Sequence record: MH051916
Reading direction: 5' to 3' (one strand)
Source: Enterobacteria phage vB_EcoM_IME340
Length of the DNA: 64,000 nt
Under the pieces are notes generated by a model. It ran no database searches. It was not told where the DNA came from and saw nothing but the letters and a program-made list of their open reading frames with translations. Positions 9,957 through 18,670 of the stretch are shown here, piece after piece (position 1 is the stretch's first letter; each line of letters starts with the position of its first letter). The translations under genes and the position numbers were made by a program.

Positions 9957-10538
9957 ATGGCGAGTTTAATTTTTACTTATGCAGCAATGAATGCTGGAAA
10001 ATCTGCTTCTCTTTTGACTGCTGCGCATAATTATAAAGAACGTGGAATGAGTGTATTAGTTCTTAAGCCTGCTATTGATACTCGCGATTCTGTCTGTGAA
10101 GTCGTTTCTCGCATTGGAATTAAACAGGAAGCGAATATTATTACAGATGATATGGATATTTTCGAGTTCTATAAATGGGCTGAAGCACAAAAAGATATTC
10201 ATTGCGTATTTGTAGATGAAGCCCAGTTTTTAAAAACTGAACAAGTGCATCAATTGAGTCGAATTGTTGATACATATAATGTTCCTGTTATGGCTTATGG
10301 ATTAAGGACTGATTTCGCTGGAAAATTGTTTGAAGGTTCTAAAGAACTTTTAGCGATTGCAGATAAACTTATTGAACTAAAGGCAGTTTGTCATTGCGGC
10401 AAAAAAGCGATTATGACAGCTCGATTGATGGAAGATGGAACACCAGTTAAAGAAGGTAATCAAATCTGTATTGGTGATGAAATTTATGTTTCTTTGTGTA
10501 GAAAACACTGGAACGAATTAACTAAAAAGCTCGGTTAG
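9957..10538 (+). CDS. tk: thymidine kinase
   Basis: 193 aa; MASLIFTYAAMNAGKSASLL (P-loop) ... matches T4 Tk as recalled. Confidence 0.93.
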   Translation: MASLIFTYAAMNAGKSASLLTAAHNYKERGMSVLVLKPAIDTRDSVCEVVSRIGIKQEANIITDDMDIFEFYKWAEAQKDIHCVFVDEAQFLKTEQVHQLSRIVDTYNVPVMAYGLRTDFAGKLFEGSKELLAIADKLIELKAVCHCGKKAIMTARLMEDGTPVKEGNQICIGDEIYVSLCRKHWNELTKKLG

Positions 10539-10580
10539 TGCAAAAGTTATAAATAGGTTTATCTAACTAAAGGGGTATAT

Positions 10581-10793
10581 ATGCTACAATTAACTGAAAA
10601 GCAACTTCGCAATCTTACTGTGCTTCAATTAGATGAAATTCGTAGGGAAGTTGGAAATATCATTTCAGCTTTGCGTCGAGAAGTATCACTCAACCAATCT
10701 CCGGCAGACTATACTAGATTGCGAAATTTTGAAAAATACCTTGATAAAGTTAAGGCCGTGCATCGGCATAAAGTAAATACAGGACAAAAATGA
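10581..10793 (+). CDS. hypothetical protein (70 aa), rI.-1 position
   Basis: ORF-track CDS immediately upstream of rI. Confidence 0.5.
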
Positions 10794-10805
10794 TAGGAGG
10801 CCTTT

Positions 10806-11099
10806 ATGGCCTTAAAAGCAACGGCACTTTTTGCCACGCTAGGATTGTCATTTGTTTTATCTCCATCGATTGAAGCGAATGTCGATCCTCATTTTGATAA
10901 ATTTATGGAATCTGGTATTAGGCACGTTTATACACTTTTTGAAAATAAAAGCGTAGAATCGTCTGAACAATTCTATAGTTTTATGAGAACGACCTATAAA
11001 AATGACCCGTGCTCTTCTGATTTTGAATGTATAGAACGAGGCGCGGAGATGGCACAATCATACGCTAGAATTATGAACATTAAATTGGAGACTGAATGA
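10806..11099 (+). CDS. rI: lysis inhibition regulator RI
   Basis: 97 aa; MALKATALFATLGLSFVLSPSIEANVDPHFDKFMESGIRHVY... matches T4 RI as recalled. Confidence 0.9.
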   Translation: MALKATALFATLGLSFVLSPSIEANVDPHFDKFMESGIRHVYTLFENKSVESSEQFYSFMRTTYKNDPCSSDFECIERGAEMAQSYARIMNIKLETE

Positions 11100-11482
11100 A
11101 ATTCAGCGACTTTTCACAAAGTGGAAAACCTTCAAAGGCAGATGAATACTTAGGTTTATTAATGGCTGCACAAGCTTATTTTCATTCTGCACATTTTGAA
11201 ACTAAAAGTTATGCTAGACACAAAGCATACGATTTTATTTTCTCCGAGTTGCCAGATTTAATTGATAAATTTGGTGAGCAATATTTGGGGTATTCTGGTA
11301 GAAAATACACACCTTCAATTCCAGATGCCAGTAAACTTCCTACCGACACAATTAAAATGATTGATCGCATACTAGACCAATCTAACAGCATTTATAAAGA
11401 AATGCCTCCAGCCATCCAAAGCACGATAGATGATATTACTGGAATGTTTTACCAGAGTAAGTATCTTCTTTCCCTCGAATAA
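11096..11482 (+). CDS. hypothetical protein (128 aa), rI.1 position
   Basis: ATGA overlap with rI stop; followed by terminator. Confidence 0.55.
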   Translation: MKFSDFSQSGKPSKADEYLGLLMAAQAYFHSAHFETKSYARHKAYDFIFSELPDLIDKFGEQYLGYSGRKYTPSIPDASKLPTDTIKMIDRILDQSNSIYKEMPPAIQSTIDDITGMFYQSKYLLSLE

Positions 11483-11486
11483 CATT

Positions 11487-11510
11487 AGTCTCCTTCGGGA
11501 GACTTTTTTC
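11487..11510 (+). terminator. intrinsic terminator
   Basis: AGTCTCC-TTCG-GGAGACT hairpin followed by TTTTTTC. Confidence 0.7.
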
Positions 11511-11519
11511 ATTTTACCG

Positions 11520-11549
11520 GTTTACTTTCCGTTTGAGCTGTGGTACTAT
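11520..11549 (+). promoter_or_regulatory. early promoter (member of repeated promoter family)
   Basis: GTTTAC 11520-11525, TACTAT 11544-11549, followed by conserved ACAACTATC leader. Confidence 0.55.
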
Positions 11550-11577
11550 ACAACTATCGGATAAAGAGGAGAACATC

Positions 11578-11766
11578 ATGAAAATTGAAGCACTCAATCA
11601 AGAAGGAAATATCTACGTCATCATTAACGGTGATTTTTTCGTCGACATGGATGAAGTTACCAGTGAAGAACTTGAAGAACTTCTTAAGAAACGTTATGAT
11701 ATGTGTGATGAAGCTGCAACTCATATGGCGTGTGCAATATTCTCTCTTTCATATGTGGTGGAATAA
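11578..11766 (+). CDS. hypothetical small acidic protein (62 aa)
   Basis: ATG after GAGGAG SD. Confidence 0.5.
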   Translation: MKIEALNQEGNIYVIINGDFFVDMDEVTSEELEELLKKRYDMCDEAATHMACAIFSLSYVVE

Positions 11767-11969
11767 TGATTAGTATCGAACAAGCAGATAAAATTAAAGA
11801 ATTGGTAGCTTTAATTCGCAAAGCAGATGAGGAACTTAGTGACTTTGCTTGGTTTTCGGCAGGCATTGCAAATAAAGGTATTGAAGAATTTGAAGCTAAA
11901 GTTGATAATGCTGTAGAAGCTTTAGATATGTTTCTTGATGAAATTATCGATCACAATACGAGAGTTTAA
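11766..11969 (+). CDS. small helical protein, paralogue family member
   Basis: [17 protein letters not shown]... Confidence 0.5.
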   Translation: MISIEQADKIKELVALIRKADEELSDFAWFSAGIANKGIEEFEAKVDNAVEALDMFLDEIIDHNTRV

Positions 11970-11971
11970 GT

Positions 11972-12166
11972 ATGCTGACACACGAACAGTTTGAAAAAAT
12001 CATTAAATTAGCACGTGATGTTGAAATAGATTCATATCAATTAGCAGTTGAGCATTGTGAAGGATATTCATACGAAGGTATAGCAGCAGCTAAAAGAGAT
12101 TTGGATAAATCTAAAGCTAAGTTAGTTCAATATCTTGAAATGATTAGGTGGAATAATGAAAACTGA
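11972..12166 (+). CDS. small helical protein, paralogue family member
   Basis: MLTHEQFEKIIKLARDV...LVQYLEMI. Confidence 0.5.
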   Translation: MLTHEQFEKIIKLARDVEIDSYQLAVEHCEGYSYEGIAAAKRDLDKSKAKLVQYLEMIRWNNEN

Positions 12167-12329
12167 AAAGCAGATGTTTTTAATGAAGCTAATTGAAGAA
12201 TATGCTAATGCAGTTTCTGACTATGAGTGTTCTTCTCGTGAAAGGGGTATAGCTTTCGCAAAAGAAGAAATGAAAATCATGGTTGATGCTCACACAAAGC
12301 TTCAGAATTTTATTGAAAACGTCATTTAA
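12156..12329 (+). CDS. small helical protein, paralogue family member (57 aa)
   Basis: MKTEKQMFLMKLIEEY...LQNFIENV; below ORF-track cut-off. Confidence 0.4.
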   Translation: MKTEKQMFLMKLIEEYANAVSDYECSSRERGIAFAKEEMKIMVDAHTKLQNFIENVI

Positions 12330-12331
12330 CG

Positions 12332-12361
12332 GTTTACAAGTTGGCAAGGTTATGGTATAGT
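12332..12361 (+). promoter_or_regulatory. early promoter
   Basis: GTTTAC 12332-12337, TATAGT 12356-12361. Confidence 0.55.
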
Positions 12362-12389
12362 AATCTTGTCAACTGCTAAGGAGAAGAGA

Positions 12390-12494
12390 ATGAAAATTTT
12401 GTTTGTTGTGTATGTGATGATTCAATATAATTACCCAATGTTTACGTATAATTTGGTGAACAACATTATTGATATTATTCAAAGGAGTATGTAA
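12390..12494 (+). CDS. possible 34-aa hydrophobic leader peptide
   Basis: strong SD AAGGAG before ATG; stop overlaps next start (TAATG); contains SD of downstream gene. Confidence 0.3.
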   Translation: MKILFVVYVMIQYNYPMFTYNLVNNIIDIIQRSM

Positions 12495-12679
12495 TGACAA
12501 GTGAGCAGGCTTTTAAATTAAGAGAATTAATTGAGACGTATAGTAGAGCTGTTCATACATCAACAATTATTGATGAATCAGCTTTCTCCGGACATGCTAA
12601 CAAGATTAAATACAAAACTCTTATGGAAGAAGCTAAAGTAAATCTTGATTCTTATATTGAAACTTTAATTGGTAAATAA
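12494..12679 (+). CDS. small helical protein, paralogue family member
   Basis: MTSEQAFKLRELIETY...SYIETL. Confidence 0.5.
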   Translation: MTSEQAFKLRELIETYSRAVHTSTIIDESAFSGHANKIKYKTLMEEAKVNLDSYIETLIGK

Positions 12680-12680
12680 T

Positions 12681-13223
12681 ATGAAAGCTGTAATTGAAAC
12701 AACTGATTTGTTCGGTGACCTGGTTATCGAAAAACGTGATAATGTATACGTTCTGACGCAGGAAGACGATAATATTACTATTCTTCCTATGGAACTGGCT
12801 GCGATTTTATCTTATGCTCCCTCAGGAGTTACCGGTGTAACTAATATTACAGGCGACCTCCAAGTTCGTTTTTATCGTGGCCTTTACGGCGGTAATATTG
12901 AAACTGAATTTATGTGTCTTTCTATCAACAATTGGGCAACATTCGTTACCAAGGTGAAAGAATTCTTGGAATCTGAAACAATCGAAACACCCGAAAAGGC
13001 TAAACTTCAATGGGCTAAAGATCGCGGTGCTAGCATTATTAATCCAGTAGCTGCAAATTATACTACGACTTTGGATGTCAAGACTTCTTATGAAGATGGC
13101 GATGTCGTACTTGTTCGCCAAATTGATGATTCTCGAGCACATATTGTCACATTTACCAAAGACGAAGCTATTGCACTAAAGACTTATCTTGATTCTGTCA
13201 TTCCAACTATGATTTCAAAGTGA
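12681..13223 (+). CDS. hypothetical protein (180 aa), paralogue of next gene
   Basis: C-terminal ...TFTKDEAIALKTYLDSVIPTM resembles ...LSKSEAEAMIKYLTTVTPSM of next ORF. Confidence 0.55.
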   Translation: MKAVIETTDLFGDLVIEKRDNVYVLTQEDDNITILPMELAAILSYAPSGVTGVTNITGDLQVRFYRGLYGGNIETEFMCLSINNWATFVTKVKEFLESETIETPEKAKLQWAKDRGASIINPVAANYTTTLDVKTSYEDGDVVLVRQIDDSRAHIVTFTKDEAIALKTYLDSVIPTMISK

Positions 13224-13229
13224 GGAAAT

Positions 13230-13751
13230 ATGTTTATTTCAAGTGGAAGTGGTTTAATTCGCGTTGAATTTAAAAATGACATCTTTCTTATTCAAGGAGA
13301 TGATATTATTAAAATGAGTTATGACGAAATCAAGAAAATTTGTCATGCTCTTGAAAGTCATGGAAAAGTGAACGCTGTTATTGATATTGGCGATTTATGG
13401 GTGACACTTTATGAAGTATCCGAAGGATTTAACATTGAAGATGAAAATAACATTTTAGCTATTGATAAAAGAACTGATTTGTTTGATGTATTAAAAGCCT
13501 ATGAGCAGTCAAATGGCGGAAGAAAAGCTGTATTGATTTATCAAAAACCGCATTCATGTGGAACTGCTTCAATCATTTCAAATATTGAAGGCGAAGTTGA
13601 TACTTATATGTGTGTTTTAAAAGCTGGTGGTGACCGTCATCCGGATTTTATTTCTATTCGTCAAAACAATGAAGAAATTTCATTGTCAAAATCAGAAGCT
13701 GAAGCTATGATTAAGTATTTAACAACCGTTACGCCTTCAATGAAAGGATAA
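13230..13751 (+). CDS. hypothetical protein (173 aa), paralogue of previous gene
   Basis: shared C-terminal motif with 12681-13223. Confidence 0.55.
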   Translation: MFISSGSGLIRVEFKNDIFLIQGDDIIKMSYDEIKKICHALESHGKVNAVIDIGDLWVTLYEVSEGFNIEDENNILAIDKRTDLFDVLKAYEQSNGGRKAVLIYQKPHSCGTASIISNIEGEVDTYMCVLKAGGDRHPDFISIRQNNEEISLSKSEAEAMIKYLTTVTPSMKG

Positions 13752-13753
13752 TT

Positions 13754-14215
13754 ATGATTATTAATGAAAACTCTTGGCACTATAAATTATTCAAATTGTT
13801 TAACGATGAATGGCAACGACCTAAGACACTATGCGCATATTTTTGGTCTATTGCCATACCTACATTTTTCGTTTCTATTTTTGGGTGTGCTATACTCGTA
13901 GGGTTAACAATTATTTGTGCAGAAAGCCTACAACGTTGGCTTATTTTCGGTAGTTTATGGACTCTTCTTCCATCGGCATTTATACTTGCGCTTTTGGTTG
14001 TTTTACTTATTATCGGTTCATTTGTTATTCCTGCACATTTGCGTGAAAAATATAAAGATTATAAATGGAAAAAGGATTATGCTTTACACGTAGAAAATAT
14101 TGATAGGGCGTATAAAGGTTTACCTCCTATTCAACCCAAGAAATCGATTATCGTTGAATTTTTAAAAGCTCGTAAAGCTAAAGTATGTCCTGTTATTGAA
14201 TATAAGGCTGAATGA
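13754..14215 (+). CDS. predicted membrane protein (153 aa)
   Basis: 2-3 hydrophobic helices. Confidence 0.55.
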   Translation: MIINENSWHYKLFKLFNDEWQRPKTLCAYFWSIAIPTFFVSIFGCAILVGLTIICAESLQRWLIFGSLWTLLPSAFILALLVVLLIIGSFVIPAHLREKYKDYKWKKDYALHVENIDRAYKGLPPIQPKKSIIVEFLKARKAKVCPVIEYKAE

Positions 14216-15225
14216 TGAAAACAGTAATGAAAAGCTATTTTGGTAGTCATCTTTATGGAATTTCTACTCCAGAATCTGATGTAGATTTTAAAGAAATCTT
14301 TGTTCCTCCTGCTCGCGATATTCTTATTGGAAACGTCAAAGAGCACATGAGTAAAAACACTAACAACACATCATCTAAAAACACTAAAGATGATATTGAC
14401 CATGAACTATACAGTCTTAAGTATTTCTTTAAATTAGCAGCAGATGGTGAAACTGTAGCATTGGATATGCTTCACACTCCACCTGAACTAGTGGTTAAAT
14501 CTGATTTGCCTGATGTGTGGAAGTTTATTCAAGACAACCGTTCTCGTTTTTATACGACTAACATGAAATCCTATTTAGGATATGTCCGCAAGCAAGCTTC
14601 TAAATATGGTGTTAAGGGTTCTCGTTTGGCCGCATTGCGTGATGTATTGAAAGTAGTTAATCAAATCCCCGATCAGTGGGTTGATTACCGAGAAGATGGA
14701 ACACAAGGACAACGTCGTACTAAAATTGCAGATATTAAACACCGTCTTCCAGAAAACGAATTCTGCGAATGGGTATTTCATAATCATGAGAAAACAGGCC
14801 CGCAAACGTTCTATACTGTGTTGGGTCGTAAATATCAGACAACGCTTTCTCTTATTGAGCTTAAGCAGTCTTTGAATAAACTTGATGCTGAATATGGTGA
14901 ACGCGCTCGTAAGGCTGAAGCTAATGAGGGCATTGACTGGAAAGCTCTGAGTCATGCTTGCCGTGGTGGACTCCAACTATTGGAAATTTACAAAACTGGT
15001 GACTTAGTCTATCCACTTCAAGACGCTCCATTTATTCTCGACGTGAAGTTGGGTAAACATCCATTTAAAACTGTTCAAGAGTTTTTGGAAGATGTGGTCG
15101 ATCAAGTAGAAGCAGCATCCATTGAAGCTTCTAAGAACGGTATGCAGCAAAAAGTAGACATGGGTTTCTGGGATGACTTCCTTGAGAGGGTTTATCTTGA
15201 AAACCACCGAAGTTATTATAAATGA
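14212..15225 (+). CDS. nucleotidyltransferase-fold (Pol-beta superfamily) protein (337 aa)
   Basis: N-terminal GSHLYGISTPESDVDF fits the G[SG]x(9-13)D-h-[DE]-h NTase signature. Confidence 0.6.
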   Translation: MMKTVMKSYFGSHLYGISTPESDVDFKEIFVPPARDILIGNVKEHMSKNTNNTSSKNTKDDIDHELYSLKYFFKLAADGETVALDMLHTPPELVVKSDLPDVWKFIQDNRSRFYTTNMKSYLGYVRKQASKYGVKGSRLAALRDVLKVVNQIPDQWVDYREDGTQGQRRTKIADIKHRLPENEFCEWVFHNHEKTGPQTFYTVLGRKYQTTLSLIELKQSLNKLDAEYGERARKAEANEGIDWKALSHACRGGLQLLEIYKTGDLVYPLQDAPFILDVKLGKHPFKTVQEFLEDVVDQVEAASIEASKNGMQQKVDMGFWDDFLERVYLENHRSYYK

Positions 15226-15227
15226 TA

Positions 15228-15251
15228 GGGAGCCTTCGGGCTCCCTTTTTT
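15228..15251 (+). terminator. intrinsic terminator
   Basis: GGGAGCC-TTCG-GGCTCCC hairpin followed by TTTTTTATTT. Confidence 0.7.
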
Positions 15252-15276
15252 ATTTCAAAATTTTTTTCACAAAACG

Positions 15277-15306
15277 GTTTACAAGCATAAAGCTTTATGG
15301 TACTAT
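15277..15306 (+). promoter_or_regulatory. early promoter with conserved leader (repeat copy A)
   Basis: GTTTAC 15277-15282, TACTAT 15301-15306; leader to ATG near-identical to 41702-41765. Confidence 0.6.
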
Positions 15307-15340
15307 ACAACTATCAACTGATACGGATTTGGAGAATAAA

Positions 15341-16309
15341 ATGAAAACTGTAACTATCAATAAGGGTATCTACTTCGGTAAAGAAATCTCTGGAACTTTT
15401 GAGCTCTTAGGCGAATGGTTCCCAGATAATGCTCCGGTAGATGCACAAGGAGATGGTAAAGTTTTTGTTGAAATTGACGGTAAACGTCGCGGTGTTTGGG
15501 TTTACAAATCAGATATTTCATATGATGGTGTAAAAGTTGAAGAAGTTAAAGAATCGTATGAAGATATGAAAACCCGCATTAATAAAAGATTTAATGTTAT
15601 GGGAATGATGACGAATGGTATTATTAATGGAAATATTCGTTCATTAATTATCTCTGGCGCAGCAGGTATTGGTAAAACGTATTCTTTAGATAAAGCTTTA
15701 AATAAAGCAAATGATAATGGATACATTGAATATAAAAGCATTAATGGTAAAATCTCTGGTATTGGTCTTTATGAGCAGCTTTGGAATAATCGTGAAGAGA
15801 ATTCTGTCCTTTTGATTGATGATGTGGATGTTTTTTCTGATATGGACATTCTTAATCTTCTGAAAGCTGCTCTGGACACTGGAGAGACCCGTAAAGTCTG
15901 CTGGAGCACTGCATCTTCTTACTTAGAAGAAAAAGGCATTGACCGTGAGTTTGAATTTAAAGGAACGATTGTTTTTATCACAAACGTTGACATTGACCGC
16001 GAATTAGACCGTGGTACTAAACTTGCCCCACACTTACAAGCATTAGTGTCACGCTCAGTTTATTTGGATTTGGGTGTTCACACTAATGAAGAAATTATGG
16101 TCAGGGTTGAAGATGTTATTCTTTCAACTGACATGATGCAAAAGCGCGGTCTTTCTGATGAAGAAACTTATAAAGCATTATCATGGATGAAAGTTAATGT
16201 TAATCGTTTACGCAATGTTTCACTGCGTACTGCTCTTTATCTTGCTGACTTTATTATGACCGACAAAAACGGTTGGGAAGAAATTGCTGAGGTTACTCTT
16301 CTGAAATAA
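15341..16309 (+). CDS. AAA-type P-loop ATPase (322 aa)
   Basis: Walker A GAAGIGKT, Walker B LLIDDVD; start at ATG after GGAG SD. Confidence 0.65.
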   Translation: MKTVTINKGIYFGKEISGTFELLGEWFPDNAPVDAQGDGKVFVEIDGKRRGVWVYKSDISYDGVKVEEVKESYEDMKTRINKRFNVMGMMTNGIINGNIRSLIISGAAGIGKTYSLDKALNKANDNGYIEYKSINGKISGIGLYEQLWNNREENSVLLIDDVDVFSDMDILNLLKAALDTGETRKVCWSTASSYLEEKGIDREFEFKGTIVFITNVDIDRELDRGTKLAPHLQALVSRSVYLDLGVHTNEEIMVRVEDVILSTDMMQKRGLSDEETYKALSWMKVNVNRLRNVSLRTALYLADFIMTDKNGWEEIAEVTLLK

Positions 16310-16410
16310 TTCATAAGAGGACTTCTATGACAAAAAGGCAGTTCAGAAATAGATTATATGGACTGCCATTAAAAAGATGACTAGAATTAAACTGGTAAAT
16401 GGAGGTAGTG

Positions 16411-16713
16411 ATGTTATACTCAAAGGCTCGTGAAATTTACGAAACTAAGATTAAAGAAGCTGTATTTCAATTTGCAACGACAATGCGATGGACAAATGAC
16501 TGGGAGTATTCAAAAAATCATAAGAAGCCCATGGTGACAAGAAAGGCTCACATGTTAGTGTTAATAGACCGTGAGCAGATTAAAGCCCGAGAAGCCCTCC
16601 AGAATCATAAAAAGGCTGCCTTTGAATGGTTTATGGATAACACTGCTCCCGAGACTAAGAAAGCAGTGAGCGCATGGTTCAGTGGAAAAAATTGTGAAAG
16701 AAGTTTCTTTTAG
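16411..16713 (+). CDS. hypothetical protein (100 aa)
   Basis: start set to ATG 5 nt after GGAGG. Confidence 0.5.
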   Translation: MLYSKAREIYETKIKEAVFQFATTMRWTNDWEYSKNHKKPMVTRKAHMLVLIDREQIKAREALQNHKKAAFEWFMDNTAPETKKAVSAWFSGKNCERSFF

Positions 16714-16715
16714 TG

Positions 16716-16745
16716 GTTTACAAGACTGTTCCTCTGTGGTACTAT
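16716..16745 (+). promoter_or_regulatory. early promoter (repeat family)
   Basis: GTTTACAAGACTGTTC...GGTACTATACAACTATCAACT, as at 41702. Confidence 0.6.
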
Positions 16746-16773
16746 ACAACTATCAACTACGGAGGAACACAAA

Positions 16774-17301
16774 ATGAACGCTAAAGATATTTTCAACTTG
16801 GTAAATTACAACGATGGTAAATTTAAATCTGAAGCACAAAGTAAGTTCTTTAATGACATCTCAATCGGAGGTGAAATCACTGTTGATGGAGGACAAATTT
16901 ACAAATCCCGTTGGAATTGGATCGTTATTATCGATGAGATTGGTATTGTAGAAATTTACAAGAATACGAATAAAAATCGTACATTACACTGGTCTCGTGA
17001 TACTAACGAACAGTACAAAAAGGATAAAGCATCTAAATTATCTCGTGTAACTCAAGAAGATATTGAGTTCATCAAGAAAGATATTTTAATGTATGATAAT
17101 TTAATTGCTGAAGAGCAAGCTGTTATTGATAAATTTGACGAGATTAAAGCTTCTCGTGAAATTCCTGATTTTATGAAAGAATCAGTGAATGAACGATACA
17201 CTCTCATTTCAGAGCGTATTGAAACTTACAAAAAGCAAAGAGCTGAACGCCAAAATACTCTTCGGAAGTTTGAAGAACGGTTAAAGACGGTACTCGCATA
17301 A
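16774..17301 (+). CDS. hypothetical protein with C-terminal coiled coil (175 aa)
   Basis: ORF-track CDS after GGAGG SD. Confidence 0.55.
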   Translation: MNAKDIFNLVNYNDGKFKSEAQSKFFNDISIGGEITVDGGQIYKSRWNWIVIIDEIGIVEIYKNTNKNRTLHWSRDTNEQYKKDKASKLSRVTQEDIEFIKKDILMYDNLIAEEQAVIDKFDEIKASREIPDFMKESVNERYTLISERIETYKKQRAERQNTLRKFEERLKTVLA

Positions 17302-17356
17302 CCGCTTTATACCAAGGATGGTATAATGGTTCTAAGCCCTTTTAATTGAGATTATT

Positions 17357-17764
17357 ATGAAACAGTTGATAATTAAAAGATTGAATTTATTGATATGTTG
17401 TTTATGTGTAGTAGTTGCATACGGTTATTACGCAATTAATGATTATATGCACTATAAAGATTATGATGTTACTGTAGTTAATACTATTACAGGAACACAA
17501 GGAAAAGGGTCTAGTTTATCGTTTATTGCCGTATATGAACTCAAAGACGGTTATAGATTTAGTGAATATATTTCCCCAGAGATGTATTCTTCAATAGAAA
17601 AAGGTGATAATATTACTGTAAGTTTACGTCCTTTCGACGTAAAACAGACACTGTTTGATAATATTATTTGGTTCTTTGGGATGGTATTAGTTCAATCTGT
17701 GTGTGGTGCTTACGTAGTCTGTTCCATCTTATTCTGTATATTTAGTAAAATTGAAATTGAGTGA
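17357..17764 (+). CDS. predicted membrane protein (135 aa)
   Basis: N- and C-terminal hydrophobic helices. Confidence 0.55.
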   Translation: MKQLIIKRLNLLICCLCVVVAYGYYAINDYMHYKDYDVTVVNTITGTQGKGSSLSFIAVYELKDGYRFSEYISPEMYSSIEKGDNITVSLRPFDVKQTLFDNIIWFFGMVLVQSVCGAYVVCSILFCIFSKIEIE

Positions 17765-17771
17765 GGAAAAT

Positions 17772-18662
17772 ATGTCAGTCGTAATTAATAATGTCAATGC
17801 AGTAATTAAATCTTTAGTTAATAAAAAAATGATGAATGAATGGACTGTATTTCGTCGTGGAGAGCCAGATAAATTTTTTCATAGATTTAACCCAACTTTG
17901 GATTTGAATGTTATTGACAGAGATGTTCATGCCGAAATTTTAGATAAGTTTAAAGTTGATATTGGCTTTGGATTAGAAAAACATTTACAGCGAACAAATG
18001 GGTCTGGAATGAGTTTATCTAATCGCATTATGAAAGCCCTTAATAAAATTGGAGCGTTGTCTCGTATTAATGCGAGTGAAATCCTTCGTAATTATAATAA
18101 AGGATATGACCTTTATGGTCGACTAATGCCGAAATTATCATTCGATCAAATGATAGCGGATTTGTGGGAAAATCAACGACGATTATTAGCATTAGGCGCT
18201 CGATTAGCTAAAGGTCTAGATAAACAAATGATTTTTAAGACCAATAATACAGAAGACCTTAAATGCTTTAAATTTAGTATTCGTGGAGATGATTATTACA
18301 TCAGAGCTCGCTCTACAGATTATGTTAATATGGGGCATCATCTCTGTTTGGCTTTTGAAGTTTTAAAAGAAGCTGGAACATTAGAATATTCATCTGGTGC
18401 AAAATGCCCTATTGGTTCAAGTTGTATTTTAATTTATCGCCCGGATGAATCCAGTTCAACTAAATTGCCTACGAAACCTGTACCAGTTCGTAGTAACGAA
18501 AAACATTCTGAACAAATTGATTATTTTAATAAACAGATTGAAGAGCTGAATATTTCTATTCAACAATATGACGATGAAATTTTCAGACTATCTGGATTGA
18601 GTAGTAAAGCTAAATCTGAGCGTGAAAAGTTAATTAAAATTGTTGATTTACTTAAATCTTAA
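17772..18662 (+). CDS. coiled-coil-tailed protein, tandem family member 1 (296 aa)
   Basis: start at ATG after GAGGAAAAT; globular N-domain plus C-terminal heptad region. Confidence 0.55.
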   Translation: MSVVINNVNAVIKSLVNKKMMNEWTVFRRGEPDKFFHRFNPTLDLNVIDRDVHAEILDKFKVDIGFGLEKHLQRTNGSGMSLSNRIMKALNKIGALSRINASEILRNYNKGYDLYGRLMPKLSFDQMIADLWENQRRLLALGARLAKGLDKQMIFKTNNTEDLKCFKFSIRGDDYYIRARSTDYVNMGHHLCLAFEVLKEAGTLEYSSGAKCPIGSSCILIYRPDESSSTKLPTKPVPVRSNEKHSEQIDYFNKQIEELNISIQQYDDEIFRLSGLSSKAKSEREKLIKIVDLLKS

Positions 18663-18670
18663 GGAACACT

